DNA of 64,000 nucleotides from Escherichia coli (GTDB lineage Bacteria; Pseudomonadota; Gammaproteobacteria; Enterobacterales; Enterobacteriaceae): NCBI RefSeq assembly GCF_001677475.2, contig NZ_CP015229.1; one strand, 5' to 3'. Shown piece by piece: positions 1 to 9,949 of this stretch (position 1 is its first letter; each line of letters starts with the position of its first letter). The notes under the pieces were generated by a model. It saw only the letters and a program-made list of their open reading frames with translations, ran no database searches and was not told where the DNA came from. The position numbers and the translations under genes were made by a program.

Positions 1-440
1 CATACAATGGTGGTGTTATTATTTAAGCCAAAGTAGACATCGTCCGATGATGACTGGCGGCGGAAAGCAACGCCAATGTTTGAGGCCTTGCCAGTGGCTG
101 AAGACGGTATGGCTAACACGGGTTGTTCGGTAGATGTTTTTTCCGCTTTTATTGTCGTTTTCAGTCCTGTAAGCCCATTACAGTTAGCAGGCTTCAATGT
201 AAAGTTTGCCTGGCTCTCGGCACCTTTAGCACGCAATTGATCGAGACGAATATCGGGAATAGTTAGCTTATAGGCGTTCGTTCCTGCATTACTGATGTTT
301 GAACCGCCATAGGGGATCACCGACATATCACAGGTTGGCTGTACGATTGTGGCGATGAACTTTACATCGACATCAACAGCGAACACCGGAGCGGTTAGCA
401 TAAGTGCGCCTAAAGCAAAGGGAATACTTTTCCGTCTCAT
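1..440 (-). CDS. yadM: fimbrial-like subunit, partial (3' end runs off the window edge)
   Basis: Open minus-strand frame from ATG (complement of 438-440) to position 1; N-terminus MRRKSIPFALGALMLTAPVFA is a Sec signal peptide; lies directly downstream of the usher gene in the same operon. Confidence 0.8.
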   Translation of the reverse strand, partial: MRRKSIPFALGALMLTAPVFAVDVDVKFIATIVQPTCDMSVIPYGGSNISNAGTNAYKLTIPDIRLDQLRAKGAESQANFTLKPANCNGLTGLKTTIKAEKTSTEQPVLAIPSSATGKASNIGVAFRRQSSSDDVYFGLNNNTTIV

Positions 441-462
441 AGCTTTTCCAAAATTTGCGGAT

Positions 463-3054
463 TTAGCGAGTCACAGATACCGTACACAGTACGTTATCCA
501 ACAACAGGGACCGGTTGCCACTTTCTTCAGTAGCTGTCATCGGAACCTGATAATGAGCAAGGCAATGCTGAGCTTGTCTGTTCTCATCGAACCAGTTCAC
601 CCGCAACACCCCTTTATCTTCTATACCTCTGATAAAGGCCCGGTTACCCTGGCCGATATAACCAAGGACATTACCTTGTTCATCGGTGACATCTGCGGCA
701 AACGGCAATGGCTGGCCGTCATTGCGGTGTAGGGTCACCATTGCTGAGCGCCCCTGGTCAGTTTCAAAGTTGGTCAGTGTGATAGCACCGTAGCGCGGTA
801 CGGTGCGGGAACTGGTACTTTTTAGCTCGACATCGTTTTCCAGCCCTTTAATATCCAGGCTGATGTTATTTTCCTTGTAAGGCGATGCGGATGAGGAGAT
901 GCCATATCCCCAGCGATCAATGGTATTGTTACCATAGTTTATTCGTGCGCCTGCAGCGCCAGGGGCTTTTACCAGAACCAATGTATCGCTGTCGCTGAAG
1001 CTGTCGCCAGAAAACGTAACTCCTCCCTGATGCAGAACAAAACCGCCGTCAGTGCTTAATGACATCTGACGGTTACTGTCAGTATCTGCACTTGCGGAAG
1101 CAGACAACGTTCCCCAGGGAGATTCGTAACTTATGTAGCCCCCGATATCAGCCAGATCGGTACTGTTTTTATTGATGATGTAATCAGTACTCACGCTGTA
1201 GCTGTATTTACCATCACCGCTGGCACCGTTGGTGCTGGCGCTGAAAGCGTGGCTGCCGTTAAAGTCGGTGTTCATTCGTGCGTCAACGTACTGGAAGCCA
1301 CTTTCACGTCGTTTACCACCAAACAATTTTTCGATAGGAAGGCTGACGCTCAGATAGAAACTATCATCCTGCTCGCCATCTTCATTCCAGGTACGCTGAA
1401 TGGAAGCACTCCAGGAGCCCCAATCCGTCCCTTTGCTGTAGCCCATTGAGTAGTAGCTCCGGCTGCTGCTTCCGCCCCAGTAATCTGTCCAGCTACCGTT
1501 CAGATAAAAAGAACCATAATCTATCTCTTTGAATTTCAACGGTTGATTGAGACTGATCGTAAACTGGTTGCGCAGACGCTGGTAAGTGTTCATCGTCTGC
1601 CGTTCATTGGCGGGTAGATGTTTGGCATCATCCTGTAGATTCAGTGCGTCATTGAGCCCCAGGTAGTTGCTGGTGGAGTAGCGATAAGCGGCAAGATTTA
1701 AAGACGTATTGGTCTCATTAAACATTTTGTTCCATGAGATACGGTAGCTCTGCCCTGTGTAGGTCTTGTCCTCATATATCCTGGCCTGAGATTGCGTCAC
1801 ATCAAACGACACGGCGCCAATTGACGTGTTTACCCCGACCCCTAACAGGAAGGCCTGGTAGTCAGCATCGGTGAGTTGAATGCCGGTGTAGCCAGTAAAG
1901 GTGTTGTTAATGCCGTAATACCATGTACCTTGTAGAAGATTGTAATCATCGCGAAGATCGTCGCGATCAATCTGCCCGCCGCTGATATCCCAGCGACCCA
2001 CGCCAGGGCGCAGCATCTGAATAACGGACGAGAAGGGTTGAGAGAAAGTGCGACGCGAACCATCTGCTTCCTCGATAGTGACTAACAGGTCGTTGCCGTA
2101 GCCGGAAGGGGAAATATCGTCGATGGCGAACTCACCCGGAGGAACGGTGCCTTCATAAATTTTGTAGCCGCCCTGTGTTACGGTAACCTTAGCGTTGCTG
2201 TTAGCAACACCACGGATAACAGGCGCAAATCCGGTCATTGACGGTGGCAACATGCGGTCGTCGCTATACAGGCGTACCCCTTTTATACTAACGGAGTCGA
2301 AAGTTTCCCCGGTTGTATAGGTTTCCCCGACCACTAATTGTGAGCGAATAAATGGCAGTTCACGCTGAAGATAGCTGTTCTGGAAATCCAGATTGCTGCC
2401 AATATCCTGCTGCCAACTGTAGTTACCGTTGCTTCTCAGATGCCAGTTTCCGAGGTTAATACCGGTATTGAAGGCGGTATAAAAAGTCTGGTTTTCGTCG
2501 TTATGCTGCGTGTTGCGCCAGGCATTCATACGATAGGAGAGCATGGCTGCATTTATACCATCCTCCCATAGTGAAGGATCAACATAGCCCTGGTAATTAC
2601 GCATGATCCAGACTTGTGGAACTGTCAGTTCCAGTTTTTGATCGTTAGTATCGAAATAAACCTGTGACTGTGGAATAGCTTTTGCGATATCAAGGCAATC
2701 ATCTGCGCTTTCATTGCGTTTTTGTAATACTGCTTCTCCGTCCCGGAGATCAGGTTGTTTTATATGAAGCTGACTCAGTATTTTTCGCGAAATACAGGCT
2801 TCGGCGTTTCTCTTGCCCACATCAATCATTTCGATGTTCAGGCTGCTGGCGGAAATATTATTGACGTAAACCTTTACGTCATAATTTCCAGGCATTGCCG
2901 GGTTGCCATCAGAATAGCGCGATAAGTCTATTCCTCTGGCGGAAGAGCCCATGAGAAAGCTTGGGTCGTACTCAATCGTCTCTGTTGCATTCGTGCTTTG
3001 GGCATAAATGCAGGAGAAGATAATAGCGATCCTTGTTAATTTACAATGAGCCAT
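463..3054 (-). CDS. htrE: outer-membrane fimbrial usher (PapC/FimD family)
   Basis: 863 aa ORF with usher-type N-terminus and size; position between fimbrial subunit and periplasmic chaperone genes. Confidence 0.93.
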   Translation of the reverse strand: MAHCKLTRIAIIFSCIYAQSTNATETIEYDPSFLMGSSARGIDLSRYSDGNPAMPGNYDVKVYVNNISASSLNIEMIDVGKRNAEACISRKILSQLHIKQPDLRDGEAVLQKRNESADDCLDIAKAIPQSQVYFDTNDQKLELTVPQVWIMRNYQGYVDPSLWEDGINAAMLSYRMNAWRNTQHNDENQTFYTAFNTGINLGNWHLRSNGNYSWQQDIGSNLDFQNSYLQRELPFIRSQLVVGETYTTGETFDSVSIKGVRLYSDDRMLPPSMTGFAPVIRGVANSNAKVTVTQGGYKIYEGTVPPGEFAIDDISPSGYGNDLLVTIEEADGSRRTFSQPFSSVIQMLRPGVGRWDISGGQIDRDDLRDDYNLLQGTWYYGINNTFTGYTGIQLTDADYQAFLLGVGVNTSIGAVSFDVTQSQARIYEDKTYTGQSYRISWNKMFNETNTSLNLAAYRYSTSNYLGLNDALNLQDDAKHLPANERQTMNTYQRLRNQFTISLNQPLKFKEIDYGSFYLNGSWTDYWGGSSSRSYYSMGYSKGTDWGSWSASIQRTWNEDGEQDDSFYLSVSLPIEKLFGGKRRESGFQYVDARMNTDFNGSHAFSASTNGASGDGKYSYSVSTDYIINKNSTDLADIGGYISYESPWGTLSASASADTDSNRQMSLSTDGGFVLHQGGVTFSGDSFSDSDTLVLVKAPGAAGARINYGNNTIDRWGYGISSSASPYKENNISLDIKGLENDVELKSTSSRTVPRYGAITLTNFETDQGRSAMVTLHRNDGQPLPFAADVTDEQGNVLGYIGQGNRAFIRGIEDKGVLRVNWFDENRQAQHCLAHYQVPMTATEESGNRSLLLDNVLCTVSVTR

Positions 3055-3102
3055 CTTTTTTTTTATACTCGCATCGCAAAAAAATCATCAATAAAATCAG
3101 GT

Positions 3103-3861
3103 TTAAAGATTGCTTTCACCTTTAATTTCACTGCCATAATCACTAATTGCTGAATAGCGTAATTTTGCGCCGCCTATAGATGTTTGTAGCCCTTGCACAC
3201 TAAAATCGCTATTGCTATTTGGAGCTATCATAGAAGTATTTACAACATAAGACTTTGTACCTGATACAACATCAACGGCTGAAAATGAGACATAGTATGG
3301 AGTAGGGTTAGTTACTTTGATTTTATTACCGCTCCATTGCCATTTTAATTGGGATGGCGCCGTAAACGGATCACCACTTAACCCCTCCGGTCGGTAAAAT
3401 AATTTAATGCGCGTACGGAAAGCCAGTTGCAGAAGATTTTTATTTTCAGCTTCTTTATCTTTTACTTTAGGCGGTACTTCCAGCACATTAAACCAAAAGA
3501 CACTTTCGCGATCTTTTGGTAACGTCTGGCTATTCGTATAGGTGATTGTCACTGTCTGACCGCGTTTCGGGTCGATGCGTGAAACCGGGGGGGTAGCGTT
3601 AAACGGAACTTTAATGGTCGCCGGATCGGCATTATCGTCACCCGTATCCAGCCATGACTGGACCAGTAATGGACGCGAGCCTTTATTTTCCAGGCGCATA
3701 GTGACATTCTTGTCTTTTTCTTTATAAATAACACGTGTTCCGTTAATGACAATATCAGCCTGCGCAACTGATGCGAAAACAGATAAAGTACTTGCAAGTA
3801 ATAGCGGAATAATTTTCTGATAAATCTGCATCTCTTCTCTCCTTGAAAAACGCAAAATCAT
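3103..3861 (-). CDS. yadV: periplasmic pilus chaperone (PapD family)
   Basis: ORF of about 250 aa with signal peptide and PapD-like chaperone sequence; start uncertain between Met at 3861 and in-frame Met at 3831. Confidence 0.9.
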   Translation of the reverse strand: MILRFSRREEMQIYQKIIPLLLASTLSVFASVAQADIVINGTRVIYKEKDKNVTMRLENKGSRPLLVQSWLDTGDDNADPATIKVPFNATPPVSRIDPKRGQTVTITYTNSQTLPKDRESVFWFNVLEVPPKVKDKEAENKNLLQLAFRTRIKLFYRPEGLSGDPFTAPSQLKWQWSGNKIKVTNPTPYYVSFSAVDVVSGTKSYVVNTSMIAPNSNSDFSVQGLQTSIGGAKLRYSAISDYGSEIKGESNL

Positions 3862-3917
3862 AAATAAGAGGCTGCAAGCACAGCCTCTTAATACAATTAA
3901 TTCAACTCTAATAAAAA

Positions 3918-4496
3918 TTAATTGTAAGTTAAGGTATAGGTGCTGTTAGTTTTCACATGACCAGAGGTCACGGTGGCATTAGCATCAGACTTCACATAAG
4001 ATGCTTTTAAATGGAAGTTCGCAACATGAGTGGTGGTGTCGAATGCTTCAGTGATCTGGTTGCTCGGGTTATTCACTTCGACCAGATTCAGTGCGCCAGT
4101 ATTATTTACATGGTGCAGAGCGATATCGACATTACCAGCTGGATCCTGAACTGAGCCATCATTACTCAAAGTACCCTGGTTAGAGTTATGGTACATAGAA
4201 CTGAAACTCATGACTGCGTTTTGAGCCGTTGCATTACCTGTCGCACAATCAACTTTAATATTAATATCTTCCGGGAATCCACCTGCAGCAGTTTTGCTCA
4301 TTGCCGGGACATCAGCAATTTGTGCAGTCTGTAGCATAACCGTAACGTCTTTACCGCCACCATTTATTGTCGTTACACAAGTACCAGCGGTAACAAAACC
4401 ACCGATATTCAACTGCCCACCGTCAACACCAGCCATTACTGAAACGGCTGAAAGGGAAGATGCTGCTAATACGATGGCAAGTAGCTTTTTGTTCAT
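3918..4496 (-). CDS. yadN: major fimbrial subunit-like protein
   Basis: 192 aa ORF, signal peptide MNKKLLAIVLAASSLSAVSVMA, GGAG Shine-Dalgarno immediately upstream on minus strand; first gene of the yad operon. Confidence 0.9.
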   Translation of the reverse strand: MNKKLLAIVLAASSLSAVSVMAGVDGGQLNIGGFVTAGTCVTTINGGGKDVTVMLQTAQIADVPAMSKTAAGGFPEDINIKVDCATGNATAQNAVMSFSSMYHNSNQGTLSNDGSVQDPAGNVDIALHHVNNTGALNLVEVNNPSNQITEAFDTTTHVANFHLKASYVKSDANATVTSGHVKTNSTYTLTYN

Positions 4497-5097
4497 TAAA
4501 ATTCTCCATAAAAAAAGAGAGACGAATCAATAACAAATATTAATTTATTGTTATTCTACGTCTTCCAAAAACGCGGCAGAGACTAGCAATATAAGGATGA
4601 AAATAAAAATTGATGGTGTGAATGATTTGGGGTGATTTATTGATTTACCTTCCCTTGCATTCATCATTTGAATAGCTATTTATTTTAGAGCAAGCGGTTA
4701 GGTGAGTATAAGAGTGTTTATAAGGGTGGTTTGATTTGTAACTCATTGATTTTTTTAATTTTATTATTTTTCTTGTGATTGATTGTAGTGTGTCATTTTT
4801 ATTATATATATATTTTAGTGTGTCATTTTGTATGCATTAGTTTTTCTGTATTTACATATTAGATTATCTTAATATAAAGTTTAATATTATTAATATATAC
4901 GTTAATTTTCATGTGTTTTTTTTGCCCATTTGTGCCTTTCTTGGGGGAATCTCACTTTTTTTTGATCTTAATTATCTAAAAGAAGAAAGGAATTTTAACC
5001 ATAAAGATTATGACTGGCATATCAGAGGCAAGAACCAGATTACTGATGCGTATTTCACTACGCATACTAGCTTGAATAATTAGAAAGGGGAGGGTGA
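4497..5097 (-). promoter_or_regulatory. AT-rich control region upstream of the yad fimbrial operon (promoter not mapped)
   Basis: 600 bp non-coding, strongly AT-rich stretch between folK stop and yadN start; contains a 14-bp direct repeat (4786-4799 and 4816-4829) and several TGATTT motifs. Confidence 0.5.
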
Positions 5098-5577
5098 TTA
5101 CCAGCGTGGTAAGGGACAAGAAGCATTGCTCGTTAATAAACTTTGCAATGTCTCTCCATCAGGGAAAATTAATTCCGGCGCAATCTCAAACAGCGGCCAC
5201 AGCATAAATCCACGATTTTTCATATCGTAGTGCGGAACGGTCAGGCGCTCGGTGTTAATCACCTGATTGCCAAACAACATAATGTCTAAATCGAGCGTGC
5301 GCGGCCCCCAGCGTTCGGCTTTACGGACGCGACCTTGCTGCAATTCAATACGCTGTGTGTGATTGAGTAACTCTTCGGGCGCGAGTGCGGTTTCCAGCGC
5401 CACGGCGGCGTTGAGGTAATCAGGTTGATCCTGCGGCCCCAGCGGTGGAGTGCGGTAAAACGAAGAAACGGCAAGAATGCAGCTTTCAGGGATATCACCG
5501 ATTGCTTTCACGGCAGCATTGACCTGCTCCAGTGGAGAGGCCAGATTGCTGCCTATGGCAATATACGCCACTGTCAT
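5098..5577 (-). CDS. folK: 2-amino-4-hydroxy-6-hydroxymethyldihydropteridine pyrophosphokinase (HPPK)
   Basis: 159 aa ORF; N-terminal 135 residues recognisable as E. coli HPPK; start ATG overlaps pcnB stop (ATGA at 5574-5577). Confidence 0.93.
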   Translation of the reverse strand: MTVAYIAIGSNLASPLEQVNAAVKAIGDIPESCILAVSSFYRTPPLGPQDQPDYLNAAVALETALAPEELLNHTQRIELQQGRVRKAERWGPRTLDLDIMLFGNQVINTERLTVPHYDMKNRGFMLWPLFEIAPELIFPDGETLQSLLTSNASCPLPRW

Positions 5578-6971
5578 GCGGTGCCCTCACGACGCGGCGC
5601 GCGTTTGCGTGGGCGACGAGTACGACGACGCGTTGACGGTTCCTCGTCCAGTTCGTTAAGCATCCCTTTTTGATCTGGTGGCGCGGAAACCTGGAACTCC
5701 CCCCACCATTTCACCAGACGCTGCAGTTCAGCGTTACGTTCAACTTCAGCTCGCAAGGCCAACAGGTCATAAGCCGCACGGAACTTAGGATGCTCCAGCA
5801 GTTTCCATGCGCGTTTACCCTGACGTCGGGACATACGCAACTGCAACTGCCAGATATCGCGGGTTAACGTCGTCAGACGTTTCGGGATTGCCAGTGAACG
5901 GCAGGCTTCGTCCAGCACGTCGTTCATCGCCAGCGCGAAAGCGTCGTGATAGGTCAGGCCACTCTCCTGAGCGATCTTCTGTGCCGTCTCCAGCAGCGGA
6001 TACCAGAACATGGCGGCAAACAAGAACGCCGGGTTCACACGCATATCGTTATGGATACGCGTGTCGGTATTCTTCAGTACCTGCTCAATAATGCGCTCCA
6101 TCGGACTGTCGCCATTTTCCGTGAAGTAACGGGTAATGGTCGGGAACAGCGGCTGGAACAGATGATATTCACACAGCAGTTTATAGGTTTCGTAACCGTA
6201 TCCCGCTTGTAGCAGTTTAAGAGACTCTTCAAACAGGCGTGCCGGAGGAATATCGTTCAATAAGGTAGCGAGGCGGGGGATCGGTTCTGCGGTTTCTGGG
6301 CTGATGCGCATCCCCAGTTTTGCAGCAAAACGTACCGCGCGCAGCATCCGTACCGGATCTTCACGGTAGCGCGTTTCCGGATTACCAATCAGACGGATAA
6401 CGCCGTCTTTCAGATCCTTCATGCCGCCAACGTAATCGCGAACGGTAAAATCCGCGACGCTGTAATACAGGCTGTTGATAGTGAAATCGCGGCGCTGGGC
6501 GTCTTCTTCGATGGAACCGAAAATGTTGTCGCGTAGCAACATGCCGTTTTGCCCGCGTTGGGAGGTTGTGCGGTCGCTGACGTTACCTTCGTGGTGTCCA
6601 CGGAAGGTTGCGACTTCGATAATCTCCGGGCCAAACATCACATGAGCAAGACGGAAACGGCGACCCACCAGGCGGCAGTTACGGAATAGTTTACGCACCT
6701 GCTCAGGCGTAGCGTTGGTGGTCACGTCAAAATCTTTCGGCTTTTTGCCAAGTAACAGGTCGCGCACGCCGCCGCCAACCAGCCAGGCTTCGTATCCCGC
6801 TTTATTGAGCCTGTACATTACCTTCAGGGCATTTTCACTGATATCTTTGCGGGAGATAGCATGTTGCTCACGCGGGATCACCGTCACCTGGGGACGGGCG
6901 GCAGCCTGTTCAGCCTCGCTTTCCTCGCGGCTTAGCACCTTGCGGCAAAAATTAGCGACTCGGGTAAAAAT
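5574..6971 (-). CDS. pcnB: poly(A) polymerase I
   Basis: Nucleotidyltransferase motif [10 protein letters not shown]...DFD; the ORF track extends to a TTG at 6992, but the established E. coli start is an AUU codon, which I place at complement of 6969-6971 (residues I-F-T-R-V). Confidence 0.9.
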   Translation of the reverse strand: MFTRVANFCRKVLSREESEAEQAAARPQVTVIPREQHAISRKDISENALKVMYRLNKAGYEAWLVGGGVRDLLLGKKPKDFDVTTNATPEQVRKLFRNCRLVGRRFRLAHVMFGPEIIEVATFRGHHEGNVSDRTTSQRGQNGMLLRDNIFGSIEEDAQRRDFTINSLYYSVADFTVRDYVGGMKDLKDGVIRLIGNPETRYREDPVRMLRAVRFAAKLGMRISPETAEPIPRLATLLNDIPPARLFEESLKLLQAGYGYETYKLLCEYHLFQPLFPTITRYFTENGDSPMERIIEQVLKNTDTRIHNDMRVNPAFLFAAMFWYPLLETAQKIAQESGLTYHDAFALAMNDVLDEACRSLAIPKRLTTLTRDIWQLQLRMSRRQGKRAWKLLEHPKFRAAYDLLALRAEVERNAELQRLVKWWGEFQVSAPPDQKGMLNELDEEPSTRRRTRRPRKRAPRREGTA

Positions 6972-7030
6972 AGTACACCTCGGTAGTGTCAAACATCATT
7001 CAGGACAAAAAAATAGCGGCTAATCATAGC

Positions 7031-7957
7031 TCAGCATGACGCATTTGAGAATGTTGAATTTACAATTGCCGACTCAGGCACGGCGGTAAGCCGCCAGTTT
7101 TTGACGGCTGACTGAAGGATTTGCTCGACGCTGAAATCCTGCCAGTGTGTTTCTGTCTGCTGACCCAAAAATTGAAGCGCGGCGATTAACACCGGGCGCG
7201 GATCGCCTTTCGGTAACGCAGGCGCATGATTCTGCTTGGAAAGTTTAGCGCCTTGTGCGTTAAGCGCCAGCGGTAAATGAATGTAATCTGGCTCCTGCCA
7301 GCCAAAAAGTTGGTACAGCGAGATTTGTCGCACCGTCGGTTCAATCAAATCTGCGCCACGGACAATTTCGCTCACGCCCTGGAAGTGATCGTCAACCACC
7401 ACCGCCAGGTTATAGGCGAACAAACCATCACGGCGATGAATAATAAAATCTTCCCGCGCCAGTTTTTCGTCGGCGTGAATAATACCGCGCAACAGATCGG
7501 TAAACTGGGTGACCGGATGCTGCTGGCGGATGCGTACTGCGGCGTTTTCTGAACCATGATGTAATTCACGGCAATGACCGTCGTAAATACCGCCAATGCT
7601 GTGAATACGCGCACGCGTACAGGTGCAGTAATAACTTAGCCCTTGCTCACGTAACCAGGCGAGTGCTTCGCGATAGGCGTCATGACGTTGCGATTGCCAG
7701 AGAACATCGCCGTCCCAGTGCAGACCGTAATGTTCCAGCTGGCGCAGGATTGTCTCTGCGGCACCGGGAACTTCACGAGGCGGGTCGATATCTTCAATGC
7801 GTACCAGCCAGCGACCTTGCCGGGCGCGTGCCTGTAGATAGCTACCAAGCGCGGCAATCAGAGAGCCAAAATGAAGCTCGCCGGAAGGAGAGGGGGCGAA
7901 GCGACCAATATAGTGTGTGTCTGTCATCTCGTTGAACAAAAAATAAGGCGGGAGCAT
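7031..7957 (-). CDS. gluQ: glutamyl-queuosine tRNA(Asp) synthetase
   Basis: Class I aaRS-like catalytic domain (GELHFGSL); first ATG at 7957 lies inside the dksA terminator hairpin, alternative in-frame Met at 7927. Confidence 0.9.
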   Translation of the reverse strand: MLPPYFLFNEMTDTHYIGRFAPSPSGELHFGSLIAALGSYLQARARQGRWLVRIEDIDPPREVPGAAETILRQLEHYGLHWDGDVLWQSQRHDAYREALAWLREQGLSYYCTCTRARIHSIGGIYDGHCRELHHGSENAAVRIRQQHPVTQFTDLLRGIIHADEKLAREDFIIHRRDGLFAYNLAVVVDDHFQGVSEIVRGADLIEPTVRQISLYQLFGWQEPDYIHLPLALNAQGAKLSKQNHAPALPKGDPRPVLIAALQFLGQQTETHWQDFSVEQILQSAVKNWRLTAVPESAIVNSTFSNASC

Positions 7958-7966
7958 TTCCCGCCT
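7933..7966 (-). terminator. intrinsic terminator downstream of dksA that overlaps the gluQ start
   Basis: Inverted repeat AGGCGGGA/TCCCGCCT (7946-7966) followed on the minus strand by UAUUUUUUGUU. Confidence 0.65.
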
Positions 7967-7993
7967 GTGGTAAACGTGATGGAACGGCTGTAA

Positions 7994-8449
7994 TTAGCCA
8001 GCCATCTGTTTTTCGCGAATTTCAGCCAGCGTTTTGCAGTCGATGCACAGATCGGCTGTCGGGCGCGCTTCCAGACGACGAATACCAATTTCAACACCGC
8101 AGGATTCGCAGTAGCCGAAATCTTCGTCTTCCACTTTTTTCAGCGTCTTCTCGATCTTTTTGATCAGCTTACGCTCGCGATCGCGGTTACGCAGTTCGAG
8201 GCTGAACTCTTCTTCTTGGGCTGCACGGTCTACCGGGTCCGGGAAGTTGGCTGCTTCATCCTGCATATGTGTAACGGTGCGATCGACTTCATCCCTGAGT
8301 TGATTACGCCATGCTTCCAGAATACGACGGAAGTGCGCCAGCTGGGCTTCATTCATATACTCTTCGCCCGGCTTCTCCTGATATGGTTCCACCCCAGCGA
8401 TGGCGAGAATACTCAGGGACGATGTTTTACGGTTTTGCCCTTCTTGCAT
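7994..8449 (-). CDS. dksA: RNA polymerase-binding transcription factor DksA
   Basis: 151 aa from [12 protein letters not shown]...; C4 zinc finger CESC...CIDC; track ORF has a 6-codon upstream extension. Confidence 0.97.
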   Translation of the reverse strand: MQEGQNRKTSSLSILAIAGVEPYQEKPGEEYMNEAQLAHFRRILEAWRNQLRDEVDRTVTHMQDEAANFPDPVDRAAQEEEFSLELRNRDRERKLIKKIEKTLKKVEDEDFGYCESCGVEIGIRRLEARPTADLCIDCKTLAEIREKQMAG

Positions 8450-8626
8450 GTTGCTTCTCCTTAACACGCACTATCGATCCCCATGTTCGGGGGAAAAATG
8501 AGGCCGCTATAAATAGCAGATGCTTTTCCGGATAGCAATTATCTAAACGTAACACTTGACAACTGTGTGAGGAAAAGCGTATTTGCGCACGCGACCAGAA
8601 TGTAAATTAACCAGTTACATACTTTA

Positions 8627-9876
<1,250 letters not shown>

Positions 9877-9949
9877 GTGAGGCACTCGGTTATGAATTAC
9901 CGCGATGCTACAATGTGGCGCGAAGAATGTTAACCCTCTGGAGCGTTTT

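Noticed and set aside
349-732. 127-aa plus-strand ORF spanning the yadM/htrE junction
   Set aside because: Antisense to two fimbrial genes with good signal peptides and synteny; no independent start context.
9905-9949. Longer N-terminal extensions proposed by the ORF track
   Set aside because: Conserved N-termini begin at internal Met, GTG or TTG codons with better SD spacing. This applies to hrpB and also to fhuC (17476), erpA (24194), btuF (26106), cdaR (30062), rseP (43369), fabZ (48876), yaeR (58718) and dksA (8467).
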